From contig DATKZF010000003.1 in NCBI GenBank assembly GCA_035528115.1, positions 423,089-487,088 on the forward strand: 64,000 bases of DNA, read 5' to 3'. Source of the DNA: Candidatus Bipolaricaulota bacterium (GTDB taxonomy: Bacteria; Patescibacteriota; Patescibacteriia; UBA11705; DATKZF01). Within the stretch, counting starts at the first letter, position 1. Every line of letters begins with the position of its first letter. Shown in pieces: positions 17,913-29,530 of this stretch. The position numbers were made by a program, and so were the translations under genes. The notes under the pieces are model-generated. The model saw only the letters and a list, made by a program, of their open reading frames with translations, made no database searches and had not been told where the DNA came from.

Positions 17913-19655
17913 TTAATCGCTGACTCTAAACACTTCTTCGATCGAAGTGATTCCATCCGCGGCTTTGAGCAAGCCGTCTTGAACCATGGTGATCATGCCT
18001 TGTTTGACGCCGAGTTCTTGAATGGAATATTCGGAGGCTTTTTCTTCCAAAATCAATTTTTCGATATCGGGATTCATGATTAATATTTCATAAATGCCGA
18101 GCCTGCCTTTATATTTCATGTTGTTGCACTCCGGGCACCCCTTGCCTCGATAAAATTTCAATTTGTTTAAATCCTTCGGCTTTTCCGGATTGGAGTCGGG
18201 TATAGCTTCCAATATTTTTTTAACTTTATCCAGAGTTTTTGCGTCAGGCTCGTATTCTTCTTTGCAGGCCTCGCAGATTTTTCTGGTTAAGCGTTGGCCG
18301 ATAATGGCGTTCAATGCCGGCGCCAGCAAAAATCCTTTGGAGCCGAGCGCCAAAAACCTGGGAATGGCGCCGGCCGCGCTATTGGTGTGAATGGTTGATA
18401 AAAGTAGATGGCCGGTTAAGGCCGCGTTGATGGCGATATCCGACGTTTCCAAATCTCTGATTTCGCCGATCATGATAATGTCAGGATCTTGCCTCATTAA
18501 TGATCTTAAGCCCTTGGCAAAATTGTAGCCCTTGGATGAATCCACCTGACTTTGGTTGATTCCTTCCAATTGATATTCGATCGGATCTTCCAAGGTGGCT
18601 ATTTTTACGTCTTGTTTATTCAGTTTATTCAAAATTGCGTAAAGCGTGGTGGTTTTACCCGAACCGGTCGGACCGGTGGTGATAATCATACCATTGGGAC
18701 GCGCCACTTCGATTTTTAATTTTTCATAGGCCTGGCCTCGCACGCCCAAATCATCAAAATTCAGACTGGTGGCGCTCGTGCGGAGCAATCTCATCACTAC
18801 GCTCTCACCATATTGCACGGGCAAAAATGAAGCGCGAACATCTATTTTTTCATCTTCGGTATCAATGCGAAACCGCCCGTCTTGAGGTTGATTGGTAATA
18901 TTGAGTTTTACTTTGGCCAAGAGTTTCAATCTGGAAATGACTTTCGGCCAATCTTCCTTTTTCAGTAAGGCGACATCATGCAATATACCATCAAGGCGGT
19001 ATCTGACTTTGATTTGCTTTTCTTCGGCTTCGACGTGAATATCCGAAGTGCCGGCTTGCAGGGCGGCGGCCACGATCAAGGCGACCATTTCCGTGGCATT
19101 GGTTTGTTCAATAACTTTTTGCAATTGAGTGAAATCCGTAAAGCCTTTTGAAAATTTGTTTAATTCTTCAGCTGATATTTCCACTCCCTTGGCGGAGGGT
19201 TTGATCTTTGGAATGCGTTTGTACATTTCCATGGCCGCGTCAAAGCCTTCTTGAGTGGATTGATATATTTCAACGTTGGCTTTTCGCCTTTCAGCTATTT
19301 GAAAAGACATTTCTTTGACTTTTTCATCTTGCGGACGGGGTGAAGCCAGTCTGATCTCATTGCCGATTTCCAAAAACACGAGCGCTTGCCGTTCCAGCGC
19401 TTGTTCTTCGGGAATAATGGACAGAGCTTCCGTGCTGATCGGAAAATTCATTAAATCAATGAACTGGATGCCTGCTGACATGGCTTGTTTTTCCACTTCT
19501 TCTTTTTTTTCCTTGCCGCGGATGGTTTTCATTTTTTGTTGAAATTTGGCTTGCGCCTCGTCTGTACCATCGTCCTTTTGGGAAGCTGATGACGATGATC
19601 CCAATACTGACGGATCCTTGAGCAAATCTTCAATTGATTGAGCTCCATTGGCCAT
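17913..19655 (-). CDS. pilB: Type IV pilus / type II secretion assembly ATPase (PilB/GspE family)
   Basis: 580 aa; N-terminal GSPII-like domain, Walker A GPTGSGKTTT, Asp box, His box, tetracysteine motif CPECNNMKYKGR. Confidence 0.85.
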   Translation of the reverse strand: MANGAQSIEDLLKDPSVLGSSSSASQKDDGTDEAQAKFQQKMKTIRGKEKKEEVEKQAMSAGIQFIDLMNFPISTEALSIIPEEQALERQALVFLEIGNEIRLASPRPQDEKVKEMSFQIAERRKANVEIYQSTQEGFDAAMEMYKRIPKIKPSAKGVEISAEELNKFSKGFTDFTQLQKVIEQTNATEMVALIVAAALQAGTSDIHVEAEEKQIKVRYRLDGILHDVALLKKEDWPKVISRLKLLAKVKLNITNQPQDGRFRIDTEDEKIDVRASFLPVQYGESVVMRLLRTSATSLNFDDLGVRGQAYEKLKIEVARPNGMIITTGPTGSGKTTTLYAILNKLNKQDVKIATLEDPIEYQLEGINQSQVDSSKGYNFAKGLRSLMRQDPDIIMIGEIRDLETSDIAINAALTGHLLLSTIHTNSAAGAIPRFLALGSKGFLLAPALNAIIGQRLTRKICEACKEEYEPDAKTLDKVKKILEAIPDSNPEKPKDLNKLKFYRGKGCPECNNMKYKGRLGIYEILIMNPDIEKLILEEKASEYSIQELGVKQGMITMVQDGLLKAADGITSIEEVFRVSD

Positions 19656-19804
19656 ATTTTTGGCAGATTAATATTTATTTTTTGTGAGGAAAAGATGAAC
19701 TCTTGCTATCATGATAGCCGTTTTTTGCGAATTTGACAATTATTGGAGAACAAATTAAAATATAGAGACTATAAAACCTCGGTTATTAGAAATAACGAGA
19801 AAAT

Positions 19805-20662
19805 ATGCCTAAGAAAAAAGAAGTCAAAGCGGTAGCGGCCGAAAGCGCTTCGAAGTCCGCGGAAAAACCGGTCGTAGTCGCGAAAAAAGAATCCAGAAAA
19901 AATTCTTCCATACCGGGTTGGGTGGCGGCCGGCATACTGTTTATCGCTGTTGTCGGATTATTTGTGTATGCTCAAAATTCAATCAGCAAAGCCAGTGAGG
20001 AAAAGAAAGCGATCGAAGGCCAGACCAGGGTTTTAAAAAACACCATCAATACTTTGGAGCAAAAAGTCAGTGATTTGAATGTTAAGACGCAAGACTTGGA
20101 AGAGAGCGCCAGAAAGAGCAATGAGTATTTGTTCGCCGAATCGATCAGCAAGAGAAAACTGCCTGATTCAGTGGAAACCAAAGATTGGCAGTTATATAAA
20201 GATGAGGAATGGAAAATGGAACTGGTCTATCCGAAGACTTGGCAAATGTCGCAGACGGCCGATCCCGAAAGTTCCAAGCCCGCTGAAGGCGCGGCCAAGG
20301 CCGAAGCGATGCGGGAAATGGTATTCGAGCCTATCGGTCAATCTTCTTTTATCAGAAGTCTGCAAATAATTCCCTACAATTTCGGTCAGGAAATGTCGCT
20401 GGAAGACAAGGTTAAATCATTTGAAGGAAAAGACGTTTTGGACAAGCAGGATTTTGAAGGCGGTAAATTGGTGTATTTCATAGAGCAGGCGAATGACATC
20501 GTTATTCCCACGGTAATGATTTTATCAGACAACGGCGATTATAAAGCGGTGTATCGCGTCAATGATTTGTTCAACGCCAAATACTTTGATTTTTTGACTG
20601 ATTTCGAAGCGATGATCGGCAAAATCAAGGTTTCTCCGAAAGTGGAAGTTCCGACTCCGTAA
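19805..20662 (+). CDS. Hypothetical membrane-anchored protein
   Basis: 285 aa, basic N-terminus then one TM (WVAAGILFIAVVGLFVYA), coiled-coil, extracytoplasmic domain. Confidence 0.4.
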   Translation: MPKKKEVKAVAAESASKSAEKPVVVAKKESRKNSSIPGWVAAGILFIAVVGLFVYAQNSISKASEEKKAIEGQTRVLKNTINTLEQKVSDLNVKTQDLEESARKSNEYLFAESISKRKLPDSVETKDWQLYKDEEWKMELVYPKTWQMSQTADPESSKPAEGAAKAEAMREMVFEPIGQSSFIRSLQIIPYNFGQEMSLEDKVKSFEGKDVLDKQDFEGGKLVYFIEQANDIVIPTVMILSDNGDYKAVYRVNDLFNAKYFDFLTDFEAMIGKIKVSPKVEVPTP

Positions 20663-20684
20663 TTAAGACACTAATAATAAAAAA

Positions 20685-21770
20685 ATGTCTTTCTCCATAG
20701 GTATTGTAGGTTTGCCAAACGTCGGCAAATCTACTTTGTTTAAAGCCTTAACAAAAAAACAAATCGACATTGCCAATTATCCTTTTTGCACGATCGAGCC
20801 CAACGTGGGTTGCGTCAAAGTGCCGGACGAGCGTTTGGATAAATTGACGATATTTTCAAAATCGGAAAAAACAATCGCGACCACCATTAATTTTGTCGAT
20901 ATTGCCGGCTTGGTCAAGGGCGCGCATAAGGGCGAGGGACTGGGCAACCAGTTTTTGGCCAATATCAGAGAGGCTGACGCCATTTGCCATGTGGTCAGGC
21001 ATTTTACAAAAGGCGACATCATCCATGTCGAAGGCAAAGTCGATCCGGTTTCGGATTTTGAAGTGATTAAGATTGAATTGGTTTTTGCGGATTTGGCCAC
21101 CATAGACAAGCACATCCGCACGGTTGAAAAAAGCTTGAAAAGCACCAAACAAAATCAGGGAAAAGACGAGCGGGCGACTCTCGAGACATTGCAAAAAATA
21201 AAAATGGCTTTGGAGGAAGGAATACCGATCAATAAACAGGGCTTATCCGAAAAAGAGGCCGAGAGTATCAGCCACCTTGATTTATTGACGGCCAAGCCGT
21301 ATTTGATAGTGCTCAACGTCGATGAAGATGATTTGAAAAAAGATATTGAAATTCCTGAATTCAAAGATGAAACGGTCATTAAAATTTGCGCTCAGCTCGA
21401 AGCGGATTTGGCTGACATGCCGTCGGAAGAAGTTGATTTATATCTTAAGGAAATCGGCGAGGCGAATACCGGCCTTGATAAAATTATCGTGGCCGCTTAT
21501 GAATTATTGAATTTGATCACTTTTCTTACCACCGGGCCGGATGAAACCAGAGCTTGGACCATTACGAAAGGGACATTGGCTCCGCAAGCGGCCGGGAAAA
21601 TTCATACTGATTTTGAAAGAGGCTTTATCGCGGCCGAAGTCATCAATTGGCAAGAATTGCTTGATGCCGGTTCGGAAGCCGCGGCCAAAGAAAAGGGTTT
21701 GCTTAGGCTGGAAGGCAAGGTGTATGAAGTTAAGGATGGAGATGTGTGCGTGTTTCGCTTCAACGTATAG
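20685..21770 (+). CDS. ychF: Ribosome-binding ATPase YchF (Obg family GTPase)
   Basis: 361 aa; G1 GLPNVGKST, DIAGLVKGA, C-terminal TGS domain. Confidence 0.9.
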   Translation: MSFSIGIVGLPNVGKSTLFKALTKKQIDIANYPFCTIEPNVGCVKVPDERLDKLTIFSKSEKTIATTINFVDIAGLVKGAHKGEGLGNQFLANIREADAICHVVRHFTKGDIIHVEGKVDPVSDFEVIKIELVFADLATIDKHIRTVEKSLKSTKQNQGKDERATLETLQKIKMALEEGIPINKQGLSEKEAESISHLDLLTAKPYLIVLNVDEDDLKKDIEIPEFKDETVIKICAQLEADLADMPSEEVDLYLKEIGEANTGLDKIIVAAYELLNLITFLTTGPDETRAWTITKGTLAPQAAGKIHTDFERGFIAAEVINWQELLDAGSEAAAKEKGLLRLEGKVYEVKDGDVCVFRFNV

Positions 21771-21862
21771 TTACGAATAATCGCATCACAGCGGCCAAGC
21801 TTGGTTTTAGTTTAAATGTTTTTATTACGAATAGTTACAAATGAGCTTGGAATAATACGCTA

Positions 21863-21895
21863 TAAAAAAAACGGCCGAAAGGCCGTTTTTATTTT
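21863..21895. terminator. Bidirectional rho-independent terminator between ychF and copA
   Basis: aaaaaaaacggccgaaaggccgtttttatttt. Confidence 0.6.
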
Positions 21896-21907
21896 GAACT
21901 TGTCACG

Positions 21908-24121
21908 TTATTTGCGATAAAATTTCATTGATAAAGAATTTGTCACCACGCTCACCGAGGAAAAAGCCATGGCCAGCGCGGCAATGGCCGGATTGAGCAG
22001 CCAGCCGGTCAGGGGAAATAAAATTCCGGCGGCGATGGGAATGCCGATCGCGTTGTAGAAAAACGCCCAAAACAAATTTTGCTTTATTTTTCTCAAAGTG
22101 TATTTGCTGATATCAATCGCATTGACCACGTCATTCAAGTCATTTTTGACCAAAACGATTTCTCCGGTTTCGAGCGCCACGTCAGTGCCGGAGCCGATGG
22201 CAATGCCAAGATCCGCTTGCGCCAGCGCGGGCGCGTCATTGATGCCGTCACCAACCATGGCCACTATATTGCCCGCTGATTGCAGTTTCTTAACCTCGGC
22301 CGCCTTGTCTTGAGGCAGAATTTCCGCCAAAACTTCATCAATGCCCAGTTGCTTGGCGATCGCCTCCGCGACTTGCCGATTATCGCCCGTTATCATGGCG
22401 ATTTTTATTTTTCTTTTTTTCAAATTCTCAATCGCTTCTTTGGCTTCGGGTTTGACCGTGTCGGCGATGGCGATAATTCCGATTATCGATTTATTTTCGG
22501 AGATCAAGATCGCGGTCCGTCCATCATTTTCCAGTCGTTTCATTTTTTCATTCGCTCCTGAAATATCAATTTCGTTTTCTTTCATTAAATTACGAGTGCC
22601 AATCAGTATTTTTTTATCGTTCACGGTCGCGAGAACGCCTTTGCCTGCAATTTCATTAAATTCTGAAAATTGATTCAGCGTTAAATTTTTTTCTTTGGCC
22701 GCGCGCGTCACAGCTTGAGCCAGCGGGTGAGTGGAATTTTTTTCTACTGAGGCGGCGAGCGTCAATAATTCATTCTCATCGCCGATCAATGGCGCTATAT
22801 CAACCACTTTGGGTTCTCCTCGAGTCAGGGTGCCGGTTTTATCAAAGACAACCGTGTTTATTTTTCTGGCGATTTCCAGAGCTTTCGATGTTTTGATTAA
22901 AATTCCGCGCTTTGAAGCCAAGCCCGAGCCCATCATGACCGCGGTCGGCGTGGCCAGCCCCAGCGCGCACGGGCAAGCGATGATCAGCACGGAAATAAAG
23001 GTCGTCAGAGACAAAATCAAATCATTTCTGAAAATCATCCAAGAGAGAAAAGACAGTAAAGCGATGCCCAAAACGGTCGGCACGAAATAAAGCGAGACTT
23101 TGTCGGCCAAAAGCTGAATCGGCGCTTTGGAAGAAAGCGCGTCTTCGACTATTTTGATTATTTGCGCCAACATGGTTTCATTGCCGACTTTGGTGGCTTT
23201 TATTTTCAATAAGCCGGAAACATTGATGGTGGCGCCTATTACGGAGTCCCCCTCATTCTTTCCTACCGGAATACTCTCGCCGGTAATGGCTTTTTCATCC
23301 ACGCTGGATCGGCCTTCAATGATCAAGCCGTCCGTGGGAATTTTTTCGCCCGGTTTAACCAACATAATGTCGCCTTTTTGGATTTGCTCGATCAATACTT
23401 TTTGTTCTTGTCCGGCTTTAATCAAAGTGGCTTCTTTGGCGGTCAATCCGATCAAGCTTTTGACCGCTTCGCCGGCTTTGCCTTTGGTTTTTGTCTCCAG
23501 ATACTCGCCGAGAGTGATGAATGTCAGAATGAAAACGGAGCTTTCAAAATATAAATGAAACGGCAGGTTGCCGATAGCCAAAAATTTCAGCGCCAAGGCG
23601 GTGACGCTGTAAAAATAAGCGGCGGCAGTGCCGAGGAATATGAGCGAATCCATGTTGGGCTTTAATTTGAATAAATTTTTCGCGCCGAATTTCCAGATTG
23701 AAAAATTTATTAAAATCACGGCCGAAGAAAGCGCGAATTGAATCAAGAAATTTGCGTTTGACGGCAATTTGAAAATAGGCAAACCGATCATTGGCCCCAT
23801 TGAAAAAATTATGATGGGCAATGATAAGATCAGCGACCATAAAAATCTTATTTTTAGTTTTTTGCCGCCATGTTCGTGTTCATGCCCGGCTTTTAAGTAT
23901 TCCGATTCTCTGGCCAGATAGCCTTGTTTCTTGATTTCGTTTTTTATTTTTTCCACGTTTATTTTTTCCGGGTCAAATCCAACGGTCGCTTTTTCCGTGG
24001 CATAGTTAACGGAGGCATCATGAATACCGTCGACCTTCTTTAATGATTGTTCAATGTTGATCGCGCAGCTTTGACAATGCATGCCGGAGATTGAAAAAGA
24101 AATCCTTTGATGATTATTCAT
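21908..24121 (-). CDS. copA: Copper-translocating P1B-type ATPase
   Basis: N-terminal HMA ([12 protein letters not shown]), TM CPC motif ([12 protein letters not shown]), DKTGTLT phosphorylation site, [10 protein letters not shown] hinge. Start placed at MNNHQR; the track ORF begins at 24181. Confidence 0.9.
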   Translation of the reverse strand: MNNHQRISFSISGMHCQSCAINIEQSLKKVDGIHDASVNYATEKATVGFDPEKINVEKIKNEIKKQGYLARESEYLKAGHEHEHGGKKLKIRFLWSLILSLPIIIFSMGPMIGLPIFKLPSNANFLIQFALSSAVILINFSIWKFGAKNLFKLKPNMDSLIFLGTAAAYFYSVTALALKFLAIGNLPFHLYFESSVFILTFITLGEYLETKTKGKAGEAVKSLIGLTAKEATLIKAGQEQKVLIEQIQKGDIMLVKPGEKIPTDGLIIEGRSSVDEKAITGESIPVGKNEGDSVIGATINVSGLLKIKATKVGNETMLAQIIKIVEDALSSKAPIQLLADKVSLYFVPTVLGIALLSFLSWMIFRNDLILSLTTFISVLIIACPCALGLATPTAVMMGSGLASKRGILIKTSKALEIARKINTVVFDKTGTLTRGEPKVVDIAPLIGDENELLTLAASVEKNSTHPLAQAVTRAAKEKNLTLNQFSEFNEIAGKGVLATVNDKKILIGTRNLMKENEIDISGANEKMKRLENDGRTAILISENKSIIGIIAIADTVKPEAKEAIENLKKRKIKIAMITGDNRQVAEAIAKQLGIDEVLAEILPQDKAAEVKKLQSAGNIVAMVGDGINDAPALAQADLGIAIGSGTDVALETGEIVLVKNDLNDVVNAIDISKYTLRKIKQNLFWAFFYNAIGIPIAAGILFPLTGWLLNPAIAALAMAFSSVSVVTNSLSMKFYRK

Positions 24122-24125
24122 ATGA

Positions 24126-25583
24126 TTATTGAGCGCCGATGAGGCTGTTGCAGCTTTCACTTTCAGCCGAACAGGAGTCACCGGCAGGGGTTACATTTTT
24201 TTGATATAAGTTTTGATCGATTTTCGTCGAATCTTGATCGGTGATAATGAATTTGCCCCAGACCATTTGCATTGAGCAACTGAATTTGATTTCTCCGGTT
24301 TTTTGGGGCGTAAATTCAATCACGTTTTCTCCCAAAGCCAGTTTTTTTCTGATGTTATAATCCGGCATGAGAATTTCATTTGTGCATCCGCTGATTTGCT
24401 TTACATTGATGACCCAGCGGACCGGGATATTTTTTTTGATATACAAGACATTGGGTGAATATCCGCTGTAGGTCAGATCCATGTTTACGGTTTGATATTC
24501 CTTGACGTCCCCGGTCACCAGATATTCGGTTTTTGAGGAGTTGTGTTGGAAAATCCCGCCAAAGCCCGCGCCGAAATTGGTCAGGCCGCGATTGAACATC
24601 ATCACTCCCAACATTATAACCACCAACCCGGAATATTTCATCAGTTTGGCGATTTGAGAGCCTTTGATTTTTGAAATCAAATTTCCGAAAATGAACATGA
24701 TGGGAATGGTGCCGGCCGCAAATAGCGCCAAGGACAAGGCGCCGCGCCAAAAACTGCCGGAAGCCAAGGCGTAAATTTGCATGGCTTGGAGCGGCCCGCA
24801 AGGCATGAAGCCGTTAACAAGTCCGATGACAAACGGCCCTTTGGGTTTTTCGGATTTTTTTTGGCTGAAAAGATATTTGGCAATGAACCCGGGCGTTCGC
24901 AGTTGAATTTTTTGTAAAATTTTGAAATTGGTAAAAAGCGAAATTCCCATGACAACCATCAATAGTCCGGCGATAATGGTGACAATGCCCGTAAAAGTGG
25001 GATTGATGCCAAAAAACGAACCAACACCGCCCAAAATTCCGCCGATAACCGAATAGGAAATCAGGCGGCCGATATTATAGCTTAAATGTCCCAGTCTCTT
25101 GGTCTTCTGATCTCGGCCGTCTTTGTTCATGGCCGCGCTGTAAGTGACCACCAATCCGCCGCACATGCCCACGCAGTGAAATCCGGCCAAAAGCCCGATG
25201 ACAAAAATGAGCCAGTAACTGACGCGCGGTTCGTTCAGTTGGGACAAAAGTTCGAAAAACCCCAATTTTGAAATAAGCAGATAAGCCAGAAAAAGTCCGA
25301 CAATCAGCGCCAGCGGCCACGCCAGCTTTTTTATTTTTTTACTCGAGTCGTCTTTGGCGTTGTCAATGAGAACTTCTTGCGCTCGATAATCCAATTTTTC
25401 AATGTTTTCTATAATGGAGCTTTTTGATATTTTAGAATCATCGAATTTTATCTGCGCGAAATTTTTTGAAAAGTCCACACTCACTTCTTTGACACCGTCC
25501 AGACTTTTTAATTCAGTTTCTATTTTTATGGCGCAGCTCGAGCAATGCATGCCTTTGATTTTTATTCGAAGTGAATTTTCCAT
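24126..25583 (-). CDS. Three-part HMA metal-binding / polytopic membrane / C-terminal cupredoxin-like fusion protein (putative copper handling)
   Basis: N-terminal [15 protein letters not shown]; membrane core with paired cysteines FHCVGMCGG; C-terminal soluble domain with Cys/His/Met residues ([12 protein letters not shown]...[10 protein letters not shown]). Confidence 0.55.
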   Translation of the reverse strand: MENSLRIKIKGMHCSSCAIKIETELKSLDGVKEVSVDFSKNFAQIKFDDSKISKSSIIENIEKLDYRAQEVLIDNAKDDSSKKIKKLAWPLALIVGLFLAYLLISKLGFFELLSQLNEPRVSYWLIFVIGLLAGFHCVGMCGGLVVTYSAAMNKDGRDQKTKRLGHLSYNIGRLISYSVIGGILGGVGSFFGINPTFTGIVTIIAGLLMVVMGISLFTNFKILQKIQLRTPGFIAKYLFSQKKSEKPKGPFVIGLVNGFMPCGPLQAMQIYALASGSFWRGALSLALFAAGTIPIMFIFGNLISKIKGSQIAKLMKYSGLVVIMLGVMMFNRGLTNFGAGFGGIFQHNSSKTEYLVTGDVKEYQTVNMDLTYSGYSPNVLYIKKNIPVRWVINVKQISGCTNEILMPDYNIRKKLALGENVIEFTPQKTGEIKFSCSMQMVWGKFIITDQDSTKIDQNLYQKNVTPAGDSCSAESESCNSLIGAQ

Positions 25584-25585
25584 AA

Positions 25586-25858
25586 TTATTTATTTAAAAG
25601 TTTGCTGACGCGCAAGATTTCAGTGATCATGGATTGTTGTTTTGAAGTGTTTTTGGCGGCCATGGCGTCTTTGAAACACGATCCCAAGTGGCCTTCCATC
25701 AAAAGCTGATGGGCGGATTTTAAAAGTCCGATCACGGCCAAGTTTTGTTGCATGATATCAACGCAGTATTTGTCATTTTCTATCATGTCGATGATTTTTT
25801 GAATGTGAGTTTTGGCTTTTTTGAAGTTAATCAAAGCTTTTTCTTTTTGAGGGGTCAT
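25586..25858 (-). CDS. csoR: CsoR/RcnR-family metal-sensing transcriptional repressor
   Basis: 90 aa, all-helical; Cys...His-x3-Cys pattern (YCVD ... EGHLGSC) matches the copper-sensing CsoR ligand set; first gene of the copper operon. Confidence 0.7.
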   Translation of the reverse strand: MTPQKEKALINFKKAKTHIQKIIDMIENDKYCVDIMQQNLAVIGLLKSAHQLLMEGHLGSCFKDAMAAKNTSKQQSMITEILRVSKLLNK

Positions 25859-25880
25859 AGTTTATTCGATTATTATTTAT

Positions 25881-25905
25881 TACCTATACCTATGGTATAG
25901 GTAAT
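25881..25905. promoter_or_regulatory. Perfect 10-3-10 palindromic operator upstream of csoR
   Basis: tTACCTATACC-TAT-GGTATAGGTAa, 23 bp upstream of the csoR start; overlaps the -10 region of a minus-strand TTGACA promoter (rc of 25916-25921). Confidence 0.6.
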
Positions 25906-25941
25906 TTAAAAAACTGTCAAGCGGTTGTCCACAGAAATACA

Positions 25942-25965
25942 AAAACGGCCCAAAGGCCGTTTTTG
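25942..25965 (-). terminator. Rho-independent terminator downstream of groEL
   Basis: aaaaacggcccaaaggccgttttt. Confidence 0.6.
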
Positions 25966-25985
25966 ATATTTTGATTTAACTTTTA

Positions 25986-27644
<1,659 letters not shown>

Positions 27645-27697
27645 TTATGATTAAATTTAGTTACCAATGGTTACGAATTTACAAATTGGACAAATAC

Positions 27698-27982
27698 TTA
27701 TTCAATGACAGCCAGAATGTCCGATTCGGACAAGACAAGCAATTCCTGACCGTCAACCTTTATTTCTTGAGGACTGTATTTGGTAAACAGCACTTTATCG
27801 CCGACTTTCACTTCCATGGCCACGCGCTGCCCGTTATCGAGTAATCTGCCCGGACCCACGGAAATCACTTCTCCTTTTTCCGGCTTTTCTTTATCAACCG
27901 TTTCGGGAATGATGATGCCGGAAGCAGTTTCTTCCTTGGTGATCGGTTTGATGACGAGTTTGTCTGATAATGGTTTCAACAT
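27698..27982 (-). CDS. groS: Co-chaperonin GroES (10 kDa)
   Basis: 94 aa; MLKPLSDKLVIKP...ETASGIIIPE mobile-loop signature. Confidence 0.9.
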   Translation of the reverse strand: MLKPLSDKLVIKPITKEETASGIIIPETVDKEKPEKGEVISVGPGRLLDNGQRVAMEVKVGDKVLFTKYSPQEIKVDGQELLVLSESDILAVIE

Positions 27983-27991
27983 ATTTTGAAG

Positions 27992-28066
27992 CTACAAGAT
28001 GTACAAGATTTATATACAAGATATTACGAGATTACAAGATTTAGTATTTTGTACTATCTCGTACGC
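27992..28066. promoter_or_regulatory. TACRAGAT word array upstream of groES; no CIRCE element detected
   Basis: tacaagat x3, tacgagat, tacaagat then atctcgta. The HrcA operator consensus TTAGCACTC-N9-GAGTGCTAA is absent from 27983-28195. Confidence 0.4.
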
Positions 28067-28195
28067 GGATCCGGCACATCTAGGAGCAGTTAAAAAAGAT
28101 TATTTAATCTTATAACTTTATCAGCACCAATGTCAATAGCTTGAAATATCGCGGAAAATAAAAAAAGTCTTTATTTTAAAGCTTTTTGAGTTAAA

Positions 28196-29530
28196 TTAAA
28201 GGGTGTCTTTTTCTTGAGAGGTGTCTTTTATGAGCAAAGTTGAAAAAACGAGCAGTAAATTACCGAAATATAAGCTCCAAAGGAAATGGTCGAAAAGCCC
28301 GATAACACCCAGAGCGATAATCATGGCCAGAGGAAAAACGATGTCCGTTTCCTCCAAGCGTTTTTTTATTTTTGAAAAAGTTTTTTTCATTGGCAGAGCG
28401 ATTAATATGATAATCGTGGCGAAAGTTATGGCGCCCAGCTCGATGATCGCCAATAACAACGAGTTATGAACGGGTTGAAGTTCGAAAGCTCGCCAGTCCG
28501 GGTGAATTTTCGACAAAGAAACCGTATAGTCGCCGAGGCCGGCGCCGAACCAAGTGCTTGATTTGAAAATTTCCCAGGAGTCGTTATATCCGGAAATTCT
28601 TTCGTTGACCGATTTTATTTCCAAACGTTGGTCGATTTTCAATCTGGTCATTACAAGATCCGACTTGGCCACGGAAAAAGCCAGGGTGATGAAAAGCAGG
28701 GCGACCGTGATTTTATTGATTGACGTTTTATGCTTTAGCCATGATTCATTTTTTCTAGCCAGCATGACCAGGGCGAAAATCAGAGATATCGCGAAGGCCA
28801 GCCAGGCCGCTCTGGAAAAGGTAACGAGCAAGGCCGTGAAAATGGTGATAAAGGACGCCAGTAAAATATTTTTTTTGTTTTTTACTGATTCTTCGAAATA
28901 TTGCCAGACGACAAACAGTAAAACAATGACTAAAAATCCGGCTAAAATATTGGGATGAGGCAGCGCGCCGAAAGCTCGAAGCGTACGGCCCGCTGAAGTT
29001 TCCACCACTGATACGCCGAGCGTCTGCGGATTCTGCGCGGCCATGCCCAGCCATTTATTGGCCGAAACGGTTTGATTGAAAAACTGGTTGATGGCCAATG
29101 CCCCTTGAATCAGTCCGGCTGAGATAACGGCCCAGCAAAATTTCTTTTTATTAAAGGGAAGATAAATTATGAGCAGAGAAAAAGCCAAAGTCGAGCCTAA
29201 AATCGTTAATTTATAAAATGAATAGCTTTGATTTTGAGAAAAATAAATATTGGTTGCCAAGGCCAACGTGACAATGACAGTGGCAATGAGGGTTTTTTTG
29301 ATCTTGATTTTTTTTGATATTTTATTTAACCCGCCATTTTTGAAAAAATAAATCAATGACGCGGCGATGAGAATGAAAAGAAGAATTTGCGTGGCGTACA
29401 ATGACCGAGTTTGATATTCTAAATATTCTCCGCGCCAAACGCCCGGTTCGAAAATCCAGCGCGTCTGCCAAGGCAGCAGGAAAATAAAAGCGTAAAAAAG
29501 CCATTCAATTATTTTTTGCAGTTTCTTCAT
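28196..29530 (-). CDS. O-antigen ligase/polymerase-like polytopic membrane protein (Wzy_C family)
   Basis: 444 aa, more than 10 TM segments with a large periplasmic loop containing an R...H-bearing region (SRAAWLAFAISLIF) typical of WaaL/Wzy-type proteins. Confidence 0.55.
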   Translation of the reverse strand: MKKLQKIIEWLFYAFIFLLPWQTRWIFEPGVWRGEYLEYQTRSLYATQILLFILIAASLIYFFKNGGLNKISKKIKIKKTLIATVIVTLALATNIYFSQNQSYSFYKLTILGSTLAFSLLIIYLPFNKKKFCWAVISAGLIQGALAINQFFNQTVSANKWLGMAAQNPQTLGVSVVETSAGRTLRAFGALPHPNILAGFLVIVLLFVVWQYFEESVKNKKNILLASFITIFTALLVTFSRAAWLAFAISLIFALVMLARKNESWLKHKTSINKITVALLFITLAFSVAKSDLVMTRLKIDQRLEIKSVNERISGYNDSWEIFKSSTWFGAGLGDYTVSLSKIHPDWRAFELQPVHNSLLLAIIELGAITFATIIILIALPMKKTFSKIKKRLEETDIVFPLAMIIALGVIGLFDHFLWSLYFGNLLLVFSTLLIKDTSQEKDTL

